A DNA stretch of 64,000 nt from Eledone cirrhosa (lineage: Eukaryota): NCBI GenBank assembly GCA_964016885.1, contig OZ024741.1, forward strand, positions 360,530,001 to 360,594,000, read 5' to 3'. Below the pieces are notes generated by a model. That model was given only the letters and a program-made list of their open reading frames with translations. It searched no databases and was not told where the DNA came from. Made by a program: the position numbers and the translations under genes. Shown here in pieces: positions 1 through 17,487 of this stretch (within the stretch, counting starts at the first letter, position 1; each line of letters starts with the position of its first letter).

Positions 1-118
1 ATTATTATTATTATTATTTTTTATTTTATTTTATTTTATATTTATTTTTTTTCTTGTGCAATGGCCATACTCGATAACGAGGGGGCAGCCATCATATATA
101 TATACATATGTATGTATG

Positions 119-155
<37 letters not shown>

Positions 156-172
156 GTATGTATGTATGTATG

Positions 173-211
<39 letters not shown>

Positions 212-222
212 GTATGTATGTA

Positions 223-283
<61 letters not shown>

Positions 284-384
284 ATATATGTGTGTATATA
301 CATATGTATGTATGTATATGTGTATATATATATATAACTCAGGTACCCACCAATTAACTCAGGTACCCCACCTGAGTTAACCCT

Positions 385-558
385 GGGTGGTCATCTCCTT
401 CCTCCATTGAGGAAATTTCTTTGTGCATTTTTATTGTTATTTATATTGTTTACACGTTGTATATGTATACCCCCACTGTCCCAGTCTTTTGTATTGTCAC
501 CTATATGTTGGCCCTTGTGGCCAATAAATGAAACTATTATTATTATTATTATTATTTT
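385..558 (+). mobile_element. 3' tail fragment of a Tx1/L1-type LINE
   Basis: tgtatacccccactgtccc...gcccttgtggccaataaa followed by (TAT)n resembles the 3' UTR of the Tx1 element at 40380-40445 (tgtaaactcccccc...gccctggtggcaaataaa). Confidence 0.5.
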
Positions 559-1500
559 GAAGGTATTTAGTAATATTATAAAGAATATATATATATGTGT
601 GTATGAGTGTGGGGTTTAGGTGTGGGAAAAACCAGATAGTAGTAATGAGGTCAGGACCGTGACGGGTGGAGAGATGGTATGCTGAATAGGACCCGTCCAA
701 CCCTTGCAAGCAGGGAAAGCAGATGTAAAATGATGATGATGATAATGATGATGATGGGTGTGGTGGAGAGAAAGCAGTGGAGTTATTTAATACTATTGTT
801 GGTGACTGTCTTCAGTGAAATGTAACAATACAGTTTTAAATATTAAATTGTTTTCATCTTTAGATTATTTTTAAATCGGATGTTAAGAGATCACACACAG
901 GTGCACACACACACACACACATGCACACAGGCACACACACACATGTACACACACACACACACACACACAGGCACACACACACACAGGTGCACACACACAC
1001 ACACACACAGGTGCACACACACACACACACACACACACACAGGCACACACACACATACACACACTCTTTATCTATTAATCTACCATTTTGTCTGTCTGAA
1101 TGTTAGCCATCCATCTGTCCCTCTCTCTCTCTCTATCCCCTTCTCTCCCCACTCCCTCTCTCTATCTCTATCCCCTTCTCTCCCCACTCCTTCTCTCCCC
1201 ACTCCCTCTCTCTATCTCTATCCCCTTCTCTCCCCACTCCCTCTCTCTCTCTCTCTCTCCCTCTCTCTCTCTTTACACATATATATAGTATATATATATA
1301 GTATATCTTAGATATATATATAGTATATCTAAGATATACTAAAACTTGTTGAAAACTCAGAACTACACTTTAAATATTCTGCAATAAATTATATACCATA
1401 CATATTATATACATCTATACGTATATTATGTATATATATTTACATACATATATAAATGTATGTGTGAGTATGTATCTATGTATATATCTATGTATGAATG

Positions 1501-2178
1501 TTCCCCTTTTCGGGTAGTGTTTTCGTAGAGTGGGATTGGTCGAGTGCTAGGCCTTTCCCCACTTAAAAAACCTTCAAAGCTCAGGCATTGCTTGTTCAGG
1601 ATCTGTTACAGGTTTGTGTGACTGGCCATAGCCTAAAGGTGCACCAAACTCTATAATCTGACAAGCAACTGCAGTATTCTTAGCAGAGTTTGCAGCCATC
1701 ATGTATATATGTATGTATGTATATATGTATATGTATGTATGTATGTATCTATGTATGTATGTATGTCCCGGGAGAGATGACCCCTTAGCCTTTGTCAAGG
1801 CAGAATTCTAGGAGAAGGAAACCTCTGATATAACACCTGCAACCCTGATGGTATCCAATGATGTTGACTTGTTCTTCTTTTTGATAAATATCATCTTGGT
1901 TAAGAGAGTGGGACTGGCTTTGTGCAGTGCCTTTGCTCACTATAAAAGCTTCACGGCACAGGCATTGCTTTATATCTGGAGATCTCTCTGCACTTGTCGT
2001 CACATGGTACCATGGGCCCAGCACTATGTGTCAAGAATTGTCACAAGTGTAGTGTTTGTACCAGAGTTTTCAAGTCGCTGGCTGGACTAAAAAGTCACAC
2101 TCGTTCAGCGCTTCGGTAGGGGTTCTCCTACATGGATATAAAGTAGTGGCCATACTCGAAAACGAGTTGGCAGCCACC
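1501..2178. mobile_element. Two fragments (1501-1700, 1767-2178) of an unclassified interspersed repeat family ending in GCAGCCA(T/C)C next to (TA)n
   Basis: 1501-1700 aligns by eye with 46790-46997. 1767-2178 shares the motifs caggcattgctt, agagtggga and gatgttgac. The same terminus occurs at 61-93. Confidence 0.65.
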
Positions 2179-2192
2179 ATTTATATATGTAC

Positions 2193-2224
<32 letters not shown>

Positions 2225-2480
2225 GCATACACATACACACACATATATATATCTACACATACACACGTGCGTATACACATATATATATATATACACACAC
2301 ACATGTATGTATGTCTCTCGGTATAAAGTATACTATACATACATATACATACATATGCACACACATACATACATACACACACACACAAACACATACATAC
2401 ACACATACACACACACACAAACACATACATACACACATATATACATATACACACATAGAAACACATACATATATATACAC

Positions 2481-2529
<49 letters not shown>

Positions 2530-2762
2530 CACATATACAAGCACATACGCATACATACACATACATACATACAAATAAGTACACATAAACACATATGCAC
2601 AAACACGCACTCATTCGCACACATACATGTGTCTATAATATAATGGGAAAAGGTAGTGGGACAAATTTTAAACTGGGCCTGATAGAGGATTAAAATAATT
2701 AATATCACTACTAAGTTATTAATATTATTATCAAGTAATTAATTACTATTTATTATTTACTA

Positions 2763-2946
2763 TGGATTGGCAGTATCAGTAGAGGGTCGGACGCCATGCT
2801 TTCCAGCATAGTTACGTCCCTTTACGATCTGAGTTCAAATCCCGCCGATGTTGACTTTGCCTTTCATCCTTACGGGATCTATAAAATAAAGTACAAGTAA
2901 TGCACTGGGTAATTGCTGGCCTTGTGCCTAAAGTAGAAACAATTAT
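2763..2946 (+). mobile_element. tRNA-derived SINE, family A
   Basis: A box tggcagtatcag, B box gttcaaatcc, core gcctttcatccttacggg..ataaaataaagtac, tail aaagtagaaacaatta. About a dozen copies in the window. Confidence 0.9.
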
Positions 2947-3009
2947 TTACTATTTACCATTCACTATTCGTTACCTATATAATATATATATATATATAAT
3001 ATATATATA

Positions 3010-3166
3010 TCATCATCATCATCATCATCGTTTAACGCCCGTGTTCCATGCTTGCATGGGTTTGGACGGGAGTTTTCCACTTGAGGCAAGAGTGGTTGTC
3101 TTGCTCGCATAGGACTGTCTGGCGGGTTTTCTACAGTTGGATGCCCTTCCTAACACCAAACACATT
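3010..3166 (-). mobile_element. RTE LINE 3' tail fragment with (GAT)n end
   Basis: Near-identical to 17488-17648, which is the 3' UTR of the RTE fragment. Confidence 0.75.
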
Positions 3167-4592
3167 TACAGAAATATAATATATAATATATATATATAAA
3201 TACAATATATAATATATAAATATAATATATATATATAAATATAATATATAATATATCTATATAAATATAATATATATATATATATATAAATATAATATAT
3301 AATATATATATATAAATATAATATATAATATATATATATAAATATAATATATAATATATATATATAAATATAATATATATATATAAATATAATATATAAT
3401 ATATATAAATATAATATATAATATATATATATAAATATAATATATAATATATATATATAAATATAATATATATATATAAATATAATATATAATATATATA
3501 TATAAATATAATATATATATATATATAAACATAAATATATATAAATATAATATATATATATAAATATAATATACAATATATATATATAAATATAATATAT
3601 ATATATAAATATAATATATAAAATATATATATAAATAAAATATATATATATAAATATAATATATAATATATATATATAAATATAATATATAATATAAATA
3701 TAATATATAATATATAAATATAATATATAATATATATATATAAATATAATATATATATATATATATAAATATAATATATAATATATATATGAAATATAAT
3801 ATATATATATATAAATATAATATAAAATATATATATATAAATATAATATATATATATATATATAATAAATAATATATATATATATATATAATAAATAATA
3901 TATATATATAAATATAATATATATATATATATAAATATAATATATAATATATATATATAAATATAATATATATATATAAATATAATATATAATATATATA
4001 AATATAATATATAATATATATATATAAATATAATATATATATATAAATATAATATATAATATATATATATATAAATATAATATATATATATAAATATAAT
4101 ATATAATATATATAACTATAATATATATATATAAATATAATATATAATATATATATATAAATATAATATATAATATGTAAAAACAAATAACGAAACGAAA
4201 TTAAATTTCGTTTCGTTTGTAACTCACTTTTGTATGACTGATATAATATATATATATAAATATAAATATAATATATATGAATATAATATATATATATAAA
4301 TATAATATATAATATATATATATAAATATAATATATAATATAAATATAATATATAATATATATATATAAATATAATATATATATATATAAATATAATATA
4401 TATATATAAATATAATATATATATATATATATAAATATAATATATATATATATATATAAATATAATATATAATATATATATATAAATATAAATATAATAA
4501 TATATATATAAATAAATATAATATATATATATATAAATATAATATATATATATATATATAAATATAATATATAAATATAATATATATATATA

Positions 4593-4780
4593 TAATTGTT
4601 TCTACTTTAGGCACAAAGCCAGCAATTATCCAGTACATTACTGGTACTTTATTTTATCGACCCCGTAAGGATGAAAGGCAAAGTTAACCTCGGCGGGATT
4701 TGAACTCAGACTGTAAAGGACGTAACTATGCTAGAAAGCATGGCGTCCAACCCTCTACCGATACTGCCAATTCACCGCCC
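4593..4780 (-). mobile_element. tRNA-derived SINE, family A
   Basis: Full-length reverse-complement copy of the 2763-2946 family. Confidence 0.9.
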
Positions 4781-5553
4781 TATATATATATATAATATAT
4801 ATATATATAAATATAATATATAAATATAATATATATATATATAAATATAATATATAAATATAATATATATATATATAATATATATATATATAATATATAT
4901 ATATATAAATATAATATATATATATAATATATATATATATAAATATAATATATTTTATATATAATATATATATATAATATATATATATATAAATATAATA
5001 TATTTTATATATAATATATATATATAATATATATATATATAAGTATAATATATAATATATATATATAAATATAATATATAATATATATATATAAATATAA
5101 TATATAATATATATATATAAATATAATATATAATATATATATATAAATATAATATATAATATATATATATAAATATAATATATAATATATATATATATAA
5201 ATATAATATATATATTATAAATATAATATATATATATAAATATAATATATAATATATATAATATAAATATAATATATATATTATAAATATAATATATATA
5301 TTATAAATATAATATATATATTATAAATATAATATATATATTATAAATATAATATATATATTATAAATATAATATATATATATAAATATAATATATAATA
5401 TATATATATATAAATATAATATATATTATAAATATAATATATATATTATAAATATAATATATAATATATATATGTATAAATATAATATATATATAATTAA
5501 ATATAATATATATATTATAAATATAATATATAATATATATATGTATAAATATA

Positions 5554-5680
<127 letters not shown>

Positions 5681-5684
5681 ATAT

Positions 5685-5716
<32 letters not shown>

Positions 5717-5720
5717 ATAT

Positions 5721-5752
<32 letters not shown>

Positions 5753-5756
5753 ATAT

Positions 5757-5842
<86 letters not shown>

Positions 5843-5878
5843 TATATATATAAATATTATATATATATATATAAATAT

Positions 5879-5912
<34 letters not shown>

Positions 5913-5925
5913 ATATAAATATTAT

Positions 5926-6029
<104 letters not shown>

Positions 6030-6187
6030 TAATATATATAATATATAAAACTAAATAAATATATATATTACTATATATATATATAAATATATATAAATAT
6101 ATAAATATTATATATATACATATATATACTATATATAATATAATATTATACATATATATAATATATATATATATATATAATATATAT

Positions 6188-6219
<32 letters not shown>

Positions 6220-6229
6220 ATATATATAT

Positions 6230-6303
<74 letters not shown>

Positions 6304-6447
6304 TATATATAGTATATATATATTATAATATTATATATATATATATATATTTATATTTATAATATAAATATTATTTATATAATATATATTTATTATAATA
6401 TATATACATATATAAATATTATATATACATATATGTAATATATAATA

Positions 6448-6486
<39 letters not shown>

Positions 6487-6504
6487 TAATATATATATAT
6501 AAAT

Positions 6505-6543
<39 letters not shown>

Positions 6544-6591
6544 CATAAATAAATATTATATATACATATATGTAATATATATATATTATAT

Positions 6592-6622
<31 letters not shown>

Positions 6623-6894
6623 TATATAAATATATAATATATATATATATATAATATATATATATATAATATATATACATATATATACATATATATAATA
6701 TATATATTATGTAATATATATATATATATATATTAATATATATATATAATATATATATATATATGTAATATATATACATATATATATATAATATATATAT
6801 ATAATATATATATATATAATATATATACATATATATATATAATATATATATATAATATATATATAATATATATACATATATATAATATATATAC

Positions 6895-6934
<40 letters not shown>

Positions 6935-7228
6935 TATATATATAATATATATATATATAAATACTATAGATAATATATATATATAAATATAATATATTAT
7001 ATATATAAATATATATATATATATAATATATATATATATAAATATAATATATATATATAATATATATATATATAAATATAATATATAATATATATATAAT
7101 ATATATATAATATATAATATATATAATATATATATATAATATATATATATATAAATATAATATATAATATATATATATAAATATAATATATAATATATAT
7201 ATAATATAAATATAATATATACTATATA

Positions 7229-7407
<179 letters not shown>

Positions 7408-7434
7408 AAATATTATATATATATATATAAATAT

Positions 7435-7472
<38 letters not shown>

Positions 7473-7625
7473 TATATATATATAATATATATATATATAT
7501 ATAAATAAATATATATATATATAATATATATATAATATATATAATATATATATATATATATAAATAAATATATAATATATATACATATATATATAATATA
7601 TATATATAAATATATATATAAATAT

Positions 7626-7670
<45 letters not shown>

Positions 7671-7716
7671 TATATATAATATATATACATGTATATAATA
7701 TATATATATAATATAT

Positions 7717-7758
<42 letters not shown>

Positions 7759-7944
7759 GTATATATATTATATATATATATATTATATATATATATAATA
7801 TTTATATTTATAATATATATACATATATAAATATTATATATATATATAATATATATATTTATAATATATATACATATATAAATATTATATATACATATAT
7901 GTAATATATATATATATACATATATGTAATATATATATATATAA

Positions 7945-7978
<34 letters not shown>

Positions 7979-8279
7979 TATAATATATATATATATAATA
8001 TATATATATAATATATACACATATATATAATATATATATATAATATATATATATATATGTAATATATATATATATATATATATATATTAATATATATATA
8101 TATAATTTATATACATATATATAATATATATACATATATATAATATAGTATATATATATATATATAATATATATATAATATATATATATATAATATATAT
8201 ACATATATATAATATATATACATATATATAATATATAATATATATACATATATATTAATATATAATATATATATATTAT

Positions 8280-8322
<43 letters not shown>

Positions 8323-8447
8323 TATATATATTTATATATATAATATATATATAATATATATATATATATTTATATATATAATATATATATATATATAATA
8401 TATATATATATATAATATATATATATATATTTATATATATAATATAT

Positions 8448-8495
<48 letters not shown>

Positions 8496-8499
8496 ATAT

Positions 8500-8543
<44 letters not shown>

Positions 8544-8589
8544 ATATATATATATATATAATATATATATATATATATTTATATAAATA

Positions 8590-8620
<31 letters not shown>

Positions 8621-8642
8621 TATATATATAATATATATATAT

Positions 8643-8677
<35 letters not shown>

Positions 8678-8734
8678 ATATTTATATATAATATATATAT
8701 ATATATAATATATATATATATATTTATATATATA

Positions 8735-8765
<31 letters not shown>

Positions 8766-8862
8766 ATATATATATAATATATATAATATATATATATATA
8801 TAATATATATATATATAATATAATATATATATAATATATAATATATATATAATATATATAAT

Positions 8863-9064
8863 AACGAAGGAAATGTGGTAAGGAACCAGGTGGACCATAA
8901 CGCACCAAAGTACTCAATACTTGAGGTAGTAGAGTCGGGTAATAGGACCAGTAAGACCCCGACAGCTGAGCTCAAGCCGTTTCGACGGCTAATTCTGGAC
9001 TAATTAGTCCAGAATTAGCCGTCGAAACGGCTTGAGCTCAGCTGTCGGGGTCTTACTGGTTCCT
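8863..9064. repeat. Fold-back insertion containing a perfect 114-bp palindrome (8947-9060)
   Basis: Arms checked base by base around the centre ggactaa|ttagtcc. The flanking tail (aagtactcaatacttgaggtagtagagt) matches related copies at 25115-25250 and 60040-60275. Confidence 0.9.
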
Positions 9065-9295
9065 AATATATATAATATATATATATATAATATATATATA
9101 TATTTATATATATAATATATATATATATATATAATATATATATATATTTTATATATATAATATATATATATATATATAATATATATATATATTTATATAT
9201 ATAATATATATATATATATTTATATATTATATATAATATTATATATAATAATATATATAATATATATATATATATAATAATATATATAATATAAT

Positions 9296-9327
<32 letters not shown>

Positions 9328-9404
9328 ATATATATATATATATAATATATATAATATATAAATATATATATAATATATATATATATATAATATATATAAT
9401 ATAT

Positions 9405-9461
<57 letters not shown>

Positions 9462-9550
9462 ATTTATATATATATATATATATATAATATATATATATAT
9501 ATATAATATATAATATATATAATATATATAATATATTAATATATATATAT

Positions 9551-9642
<92 letters not shown>

Positions 9643-9710
9643 TAATATATATATATATATATAATATATATAATATATATATATATATAATATATATAAT
9701 ATATATATAC

Positions 9711-9756
<46 letters not shown>

Positions 9757-10215
9757 TATATATATAATAGATATAATATATATATATATATATAATATAT
9801 ATAATATATATATATATATATAATATATATAATATATATATATATATATAATATATATATATATAATATATATATTTATAATATAATATATATATTTAAT
9901 ATATAATTTATAATATAATATATATTATAATATATATAATATATATATATATATAATATATATATATATAATATAATATATATAATATATAATATAATAT
10001 ATATATATATAATATATATATATAATATAATATAATATATATATATAATATATATATGATATATAATATAATATATATAATATATAATATATATATATAA
10101 TATTATATATATAATATATATATATATAATATAATATATATAATATATATATATATAATATTATATATATAATAATAATATATATATATAATATATATAT
10201 ATATATAATATATAT

Positions 10216-10247
<32 letters not shown>

Positions 10248-10251
10248 ATAT

Positions 10252-10298
<47 letters not shown>

Positions 10299-10862
10299 AT
10301 ATATATATATATATAATAATATGATATATAATATATATATATATATATAATATATATATATATATATAATATATATATAATATATATAATATATATATAA
10401 TATATATATATATATAATATATATATATATAATATATATATATATATAATATATAATATATATAATATATATATATATATAATATATATATATATATATA
10501 ATATATATATATATAATATATAATATATATATATAATATATATATATATAATATATATATATATTTATATATATAATATATATATATATAATATATATAT
10601 ATAAATTTATATATATAATATATATTATATATAATATATATATATATATTTTATATATATAATATATATATATATATAATATATATATATATATTTATAT
10701 ATATAATATATATATATATATATTTATATATATAATATATATATATAATATATATATATATATTTATATATATAATATATATATATATATAATATATATA
10801 TATATATTTATATATATAATATATATATATATATAATATATATATATATATTTATATATATA

Positions 10863-10920
<58 letters not shown>

Positions 10921-11037
10921 ATATTTATATATATAATATATATATATATATAATATATATATATATATTTATATATATATATATTATATATATATAATAT
11001 ATATAATATATATATATAATATATATATATATAATAT

Positions 11038-11068
<31 letters not shown>

Positions 11069-11475
11069 ATATATATATAATATATATATATATAATATAT
11101 ATATATATAATATATATATATATATATAATATATATAATATATATATATATAATATATATATATATATAATATATATAATATATATATATATATATAATA
11201 TATATATATATATAATATATATAATATATATATATATATATAATACATATATATATATAATATATATATATATATGTAATATATATATATATAATATTAT
11301 AATATATATATATATATGTAATAATATATATATATAATATATATAATATATATATATATATATAATATATTATATATAATATATATAATATATATATATA
11401 TATATAATATATATATATTATATAATATATATATAATATAATATATATAATATATAATATATATATATATATAAT

Positions 11476-11508
<33 letters not shown>

Positions 11509-11590
11509 ATAATAATAATATATATAACTATATATAATATATATATATATATATCAATATATATATATATATAATATATATAATATATAT

Positions 11591-11635
<45 letters not shown>

Positions 11636-11917
11636 TATATAATATATATAATATATATATATATATATAATATATATATATATATAATATATATAATATA
11701 TATATATATATATAATATATATATATATTAATATATATAATATATATATATAATATATATAATATATATATATATATATATAACTATATATATATATATA
11801 ATATATATAATATATATATATATATATATAATATATATATATAATATATAAATATATATAATATAATATATAATAATATAATATATATATATATACTATA
11901 ATATATATATATATATA

Positions 11918-11949
<32 letters not shown>

Positions 11950-12344
11950 ATATATATATATAATATATATATTAATATAATATATATATATAATATATAT
12001 AATATATCATATATAATATATATAATATATATATATATATATAAATATATAATATATATATAAATATATAATATATATATATATAATATAATATATATAT
12101 ATAATATATATAATATATATAATATATATAATATATATATATATAATATAATATATATAATATATAATATAATATATATATATATAATATATATATATAT
12201 AATATATATAATATATATAATATATATATATAAATATAATATATATAATATATAATATATATATATAATAATATATATATAATATATATATATATATAAT
12301 ATATATATATAATAATATATATATTATAATATCATATATAATAT

Positions 12345-12376
<32 letters not shown>

Positions 12377-12448
12377 ATATATATATATAATATATATATA
12401 TATATAATATAATATATATATATAAAATATATAATATATATATATAAT

Positions 12449-12480
<32 letters not shown>

Positions 12481-12731
12481 ATATATATATATATATATAA
12501 TATATATATAATATAATAATATATATATAATATATATATATATATAATATATATATATAATATCTATATATATATAATATATATATATAATATCTATATA
12601 TATATATAATATATATATATATATATAATATATATATAATATATATATATATAATATATAATATATAATATATATATATATATAATATATATATATAATA
12701 TATATATATAATATATATATATATAATATAT

Positions 12732-12763
<32 letters not shown>

Positions 12764-12938
12764 ATATATATATATATATATAATATATATATAATATAAT
12801 ATATATATATAATATATATATATATATATAATATAATATATATATATAATATATATATAATATATATATATATATAATATATATATATAAAATATAATAT
12901 ATATAATATATAATATAAATATATCTATATCTATATCT

Positions 12939-12972
<34 letters not shown>

Positions 12973-13383
12973 AATATAATATCATATACTATCTAAATAT
13001 ACTCTATATATCATAATATAATATATATAATATATAATCTATATATATATATACTCTAAATATAATATAATATCTAATATATACTAATAATATATAATAT
13101 ATATACTATATATATAATATATATAATCAAAAATATATCTAAATAAACTATATACTATATAAAATAAATAATATATAAAATATAAACTAATATATAATAT
13201 ATAAAATAATATATAAATAAATATAATATATATAACTATAATATATATATAATACTATATATATATAATAAAATATATAATAAAAATATATAATATATAT
13301 ATCATATAATATATATATCTAACTATATATATATAAAATATATAATTATCTATAATAATATATATAACTAATATATAATATAT

Positions 13384-13449
<66 letters not shown>

Positions 13450-13969
13450 AATATATATATATAATATAATATATACATATATATATTTCGTTTCTGAATA
13501 TGTTTAGCAAGATTTTTTATCTGAAATCGTATGTAAGCATAAAAGAATTACAACCAAAATTAAATAGAAAATATGAGTGGAACAGCAACATCACAACTTA
13601 CAATTAAGGACAAAATGAAAACACACACAGGACAAAAATGAAAACACACACACATAGAACAAACAACTTACAATTAAGGACAAAATGAAAACACACACAG
13701 GACCAAAATGAAAACACACACACACACATAGAACAAACAACCAACCAACAATAAATAAATAAATAAATAAACAAATAGATAAATGAACACAAACACACAC
13801 AGACACCCGGATGTGGCGCATGCGCAAACTGAGCACACAACACACACACAGAAACAAAATGGTTTGTAGATTTGTAAATCTATAAATTTATAGATATATA
13901 ATAAATTGAAGTGAAAGCAACTGGTGCGTGTGTTTCTTATTGGCAACATGGCCCTCCCAAAGTGTAACA

Positions 13970-13998
<29 letters not shown>

Positions 13999-14001
<3 letters not shown>

Positions 14002-16763
14002 GAAATGACAGGAGGCTGGATTTGTGTAAATCCTTGAAAGGTTTATTATACTATGATCATTTCAGTGACCGGGTTCTGTATGAATCCGGTGATATCATCA
14101 GGTATTCGAAATATAATACGTGAATGTAATACGTAAAATCCATGGGGCTGAAAATCGAGACCCGAGGGCGACCACTATTCTGTTCCATCAACCTCAGCCG
14201 GTCGCCCTGGAGTGACGTGGCTAAATTTTATAGTATGCTACTACGGTCAGATGAACGAAAACAGAAAGGGATGGGAGCATAAGTTAACGTCGATCCCATG
14301 ACACAAGGTAAAAGAAAGAAAGAAAGGAAGGAGAGAGAAGAAGGGGGAAGAAAGAAGAAGAGAAGCCAGGGTTAATGTCAGCTAAAAGAGGAAGGCAACT
14401 ACTACTGGTCAGATATAGGCAAGCAAGAGGGGGAAGGAAGATAAGTCTGCGGGAGGAAGACAGGAGGAGGGAGAAGAGAGAAGTAGAAAAGTAAGGGTTG
14501 ATGGCTACAAGAAGGAAGATAGAAAGAAAGAGGAAGAAAGGTCGATATTAATGTCAGACCACAGTCAAGCCAGGAGTGGCGCGAGAAAATTTTCACAGGG
14601 ACCCGCATCTTAGCAGAGGTGAATATATTGGGAGTCAGTGTGTTACAGTGTTTAGACTTCTAGGATGAAGTTAACAAAATTAATAATCAATATTCAGTAT
14701 TAAAGAGGTTAGAAAATTTAAAGTTCAACAGTTTAACATTTAATTATATAATAGTTCCGATTTGTTCTGTAATTTAAAGGTACTATGTGGCGGTTAAAAC
14801 ACCGGCCGCGCCCCGGGCCCCATGGCGAATTAAGCCACGCCGAGTATTTTCATTTACTGAAAGAAGGGGAAATTTATTTTTCCAAGCACTCCAGGTGAGC
14901 TCGTTCGCCAGGGAGCTGGTCGCGCCGCCATTAAACCCACCCAACAGTCCGACAGAAAGTTGAACTTTAAAATTTTGCTTAGAGAAGTAAAAGAGTAATG
15001 GTTGATAGCTACAAGAAGGAAGATAGAAAGAGAGAGGAAGGAGGGTCGATATTAATGTCACACCACAGTCGGGCCAGGAGTGGCGCGACAAAAATGTTCA
15101 CAGGGACTCGCATCTTAGCAGAGGTGAATATATTGGGGGTCAGTGTGTTACAATGTTTAGACTTATAGGATGAAGTTAAAAAATTAATAATCAATATTCC
15201 ATATTAGAGAGGTCAGAAAATTTAAAGCTCAACAGTTTCAGGTTGATATATCTAATAGTTCCGATTTGTTCTGTAATGTAAAGGCACTATTTGGCGGTTA
15301 AAACACCGGCCGCGCCCCGGGCCCCATGGCGAATTAAGCCACGCCGAGTATTTTCATTTACCGAAAGAAGGGGAAATTTATTTTTCCAAGCACTCCAGGT
15401 GAGCCCGTTCGCCAGGGAGCTGTCGCGCCGCCGCTAAAACCCACCCAACGGTCCGACAGAAAGTTGGAACTTTAGAATTTTGCTTAACTCTATCGGATGA
15501 AGTTGAAAGAATTCAGAATAACATTATAAAACTAAGGAGTAAGAGGATTGAGAATTGAACAAACAGAAAATTGAAGATTAAACATTCAAATAACTTCTAT
15601 GAGGTTTTGGTTGCGGGGTTTAATTAAATAGTCTTTTATGAGAAACGTTAATTGTATTATGTAGATCTGTAATTTATCCTAGTGGGATGTAGAGTACGGG
15701 ATATAGTCGTGTAATGTTTAATTTTTGTTCTCAGGAGGAGACATTCTAGTGTCGTGTGCTAATGGGTACAGGTCCCAATGTGAGGAGTAGAAATACATGG
15801 ATACATAGAAGTGGAATACGTGGAAGAGCACATTGGTACAGCAGAGGTATAAATATATAAACATATCAATATATAGGTATAAACATGTAAATAAACCAAC
15901 AAGAGTGGTGTTGGAGTAAGATGGAGAAATCAGGACATAGGAGAATTACAATATAGTTCAGGTTGCAGTATTTATGTTCCCGGGGGGGGGGGGGGATCCT
16001 GTGTCGTGTGCTAAGGGTGCACGCGAGTAAAAGTCCGAATAAGGGGAGTAAAAAGTACATGGATGTATAGAGGTAGAGTACGTGGAAAGACATTAATACA
16101 GCAAACAAAGATGTGAAGATATAGATAAACAAACAATAGTCGTTGTCTAGTAAATGTAGAGTTCAAGACACAGGAGAAATACAATATAGTTCAGGTTGCG
16201 GTATTTATGTTCCCAGGGGGAAATATTCCAGTGAGGTGTGCTGAGGGTACACGCGAGTAAAAGTCCGAATTAAGGGAAGTTAGAAAGTACATGGATGTAT
16301 AGAGGTAGAATACGTGGAGGAGCATTAATACAGCAAATAAAGATGTAAAGATATAAATAAACAAACAAGAGTCGTTGTCTATTAAATGGAGAGTTCAAGA
16401 CACAGGAGAAATACAATATAGTTCAAGTTGCAGTCAGATAATGCATATAGATGTGGAAACAGTGTGTGTTCGAGTCTGGGAGTTCAGTGTGAGTTATACA
16501 TGCCCAGAAGTATAGGGTAGCCATTTAGTTAATTCAGTGCAGTACAATACATGTTATGGTCCAGTCCGTGGAGTTCGTCGAAGTTCGGATATTCTGTGAG
16601 GGAGTAGCAAAGGGCCAGGCGAAAGCACCGGGTAGCCAAAGTTCGAATTGTGGTTAGATATATTCAGTCCCATGCCGCTGTTGATTATTACATTTTGAAG
16701 TGCTCAACATTTCAGGAGCGTTATTTATTCAGGTTTGAGGTTCACCATTGTATAGAGCTGGTC
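13999..16763 (-). mobile_element. Non-autonomous Penelope-like element with terminal hammerhead motif and internal tandem duplications
   Basis: More GC-rich island bounded by (TA)n on both sides. Hammerhead at its 3' end (14048-14105). Its terminus resembles the arms of 47036-47475. ~500-bp tandem duplication (14477-15486) and ~240-bp tandem units (15720-16432). No intact ORF. Confidence 0.55.
14048..14105 (-). ncRNA. Type I hammerhead ribozyme motif
   Basis: Minus strand reads AUAC-CUGAUGA-uaucACCGGauucauacagaacCCGGUcacu-GAAA-UGAUCA-UA-GUAU. Core intact, stem II paired, stem III palindromic, stem I 4 bp. Confidence 0.65.
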
Positions 16764-17112
16764 TATATAATATATATATATATATAATATGTATATATAA
16801 TATATATATATATATAATATATATAATATATATATATAATATATATATATATAATATATATAATATATATATATATAATATATATATATATAATATATAA
16901 TATATATATATAATATATATATATATAATATATATAATATATAATATAATATATATATATATAATATATATAATATATATATATAATATATATATATAAT
17001 ATATATAATATATATATATAATTATATATATATATAATATATAATATATATATATATAATATATATATATATATAATATATATAATATATATATATATAT
17101 AATATATATAAT

Positions 17113-17155
<43 letters not shown>

Positions 17156-17487
17156 TATATATATAATATATATAATATATATATATATATAATATATATA
17201 TATATATAATATATATATATATATAATATATATAATATATATATATATAATATATATATATATATATAATATATATAATATATATATATATATAATATAT
17301 ATATATATAATATATATATATATATATAATATATATAATATATATATATATATAATATATATATATATAATATATATATATATATAATATATATATATAT
17401 ATAATATATATAATATATATATATATATAATATATATAATATATTATATATATAATATATATATATATATAATATATATAATATATA
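16764..17487. repeat. (TA)n-derived AT tract
   Basis: Essentially only A/T. Confidence 0.95.
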
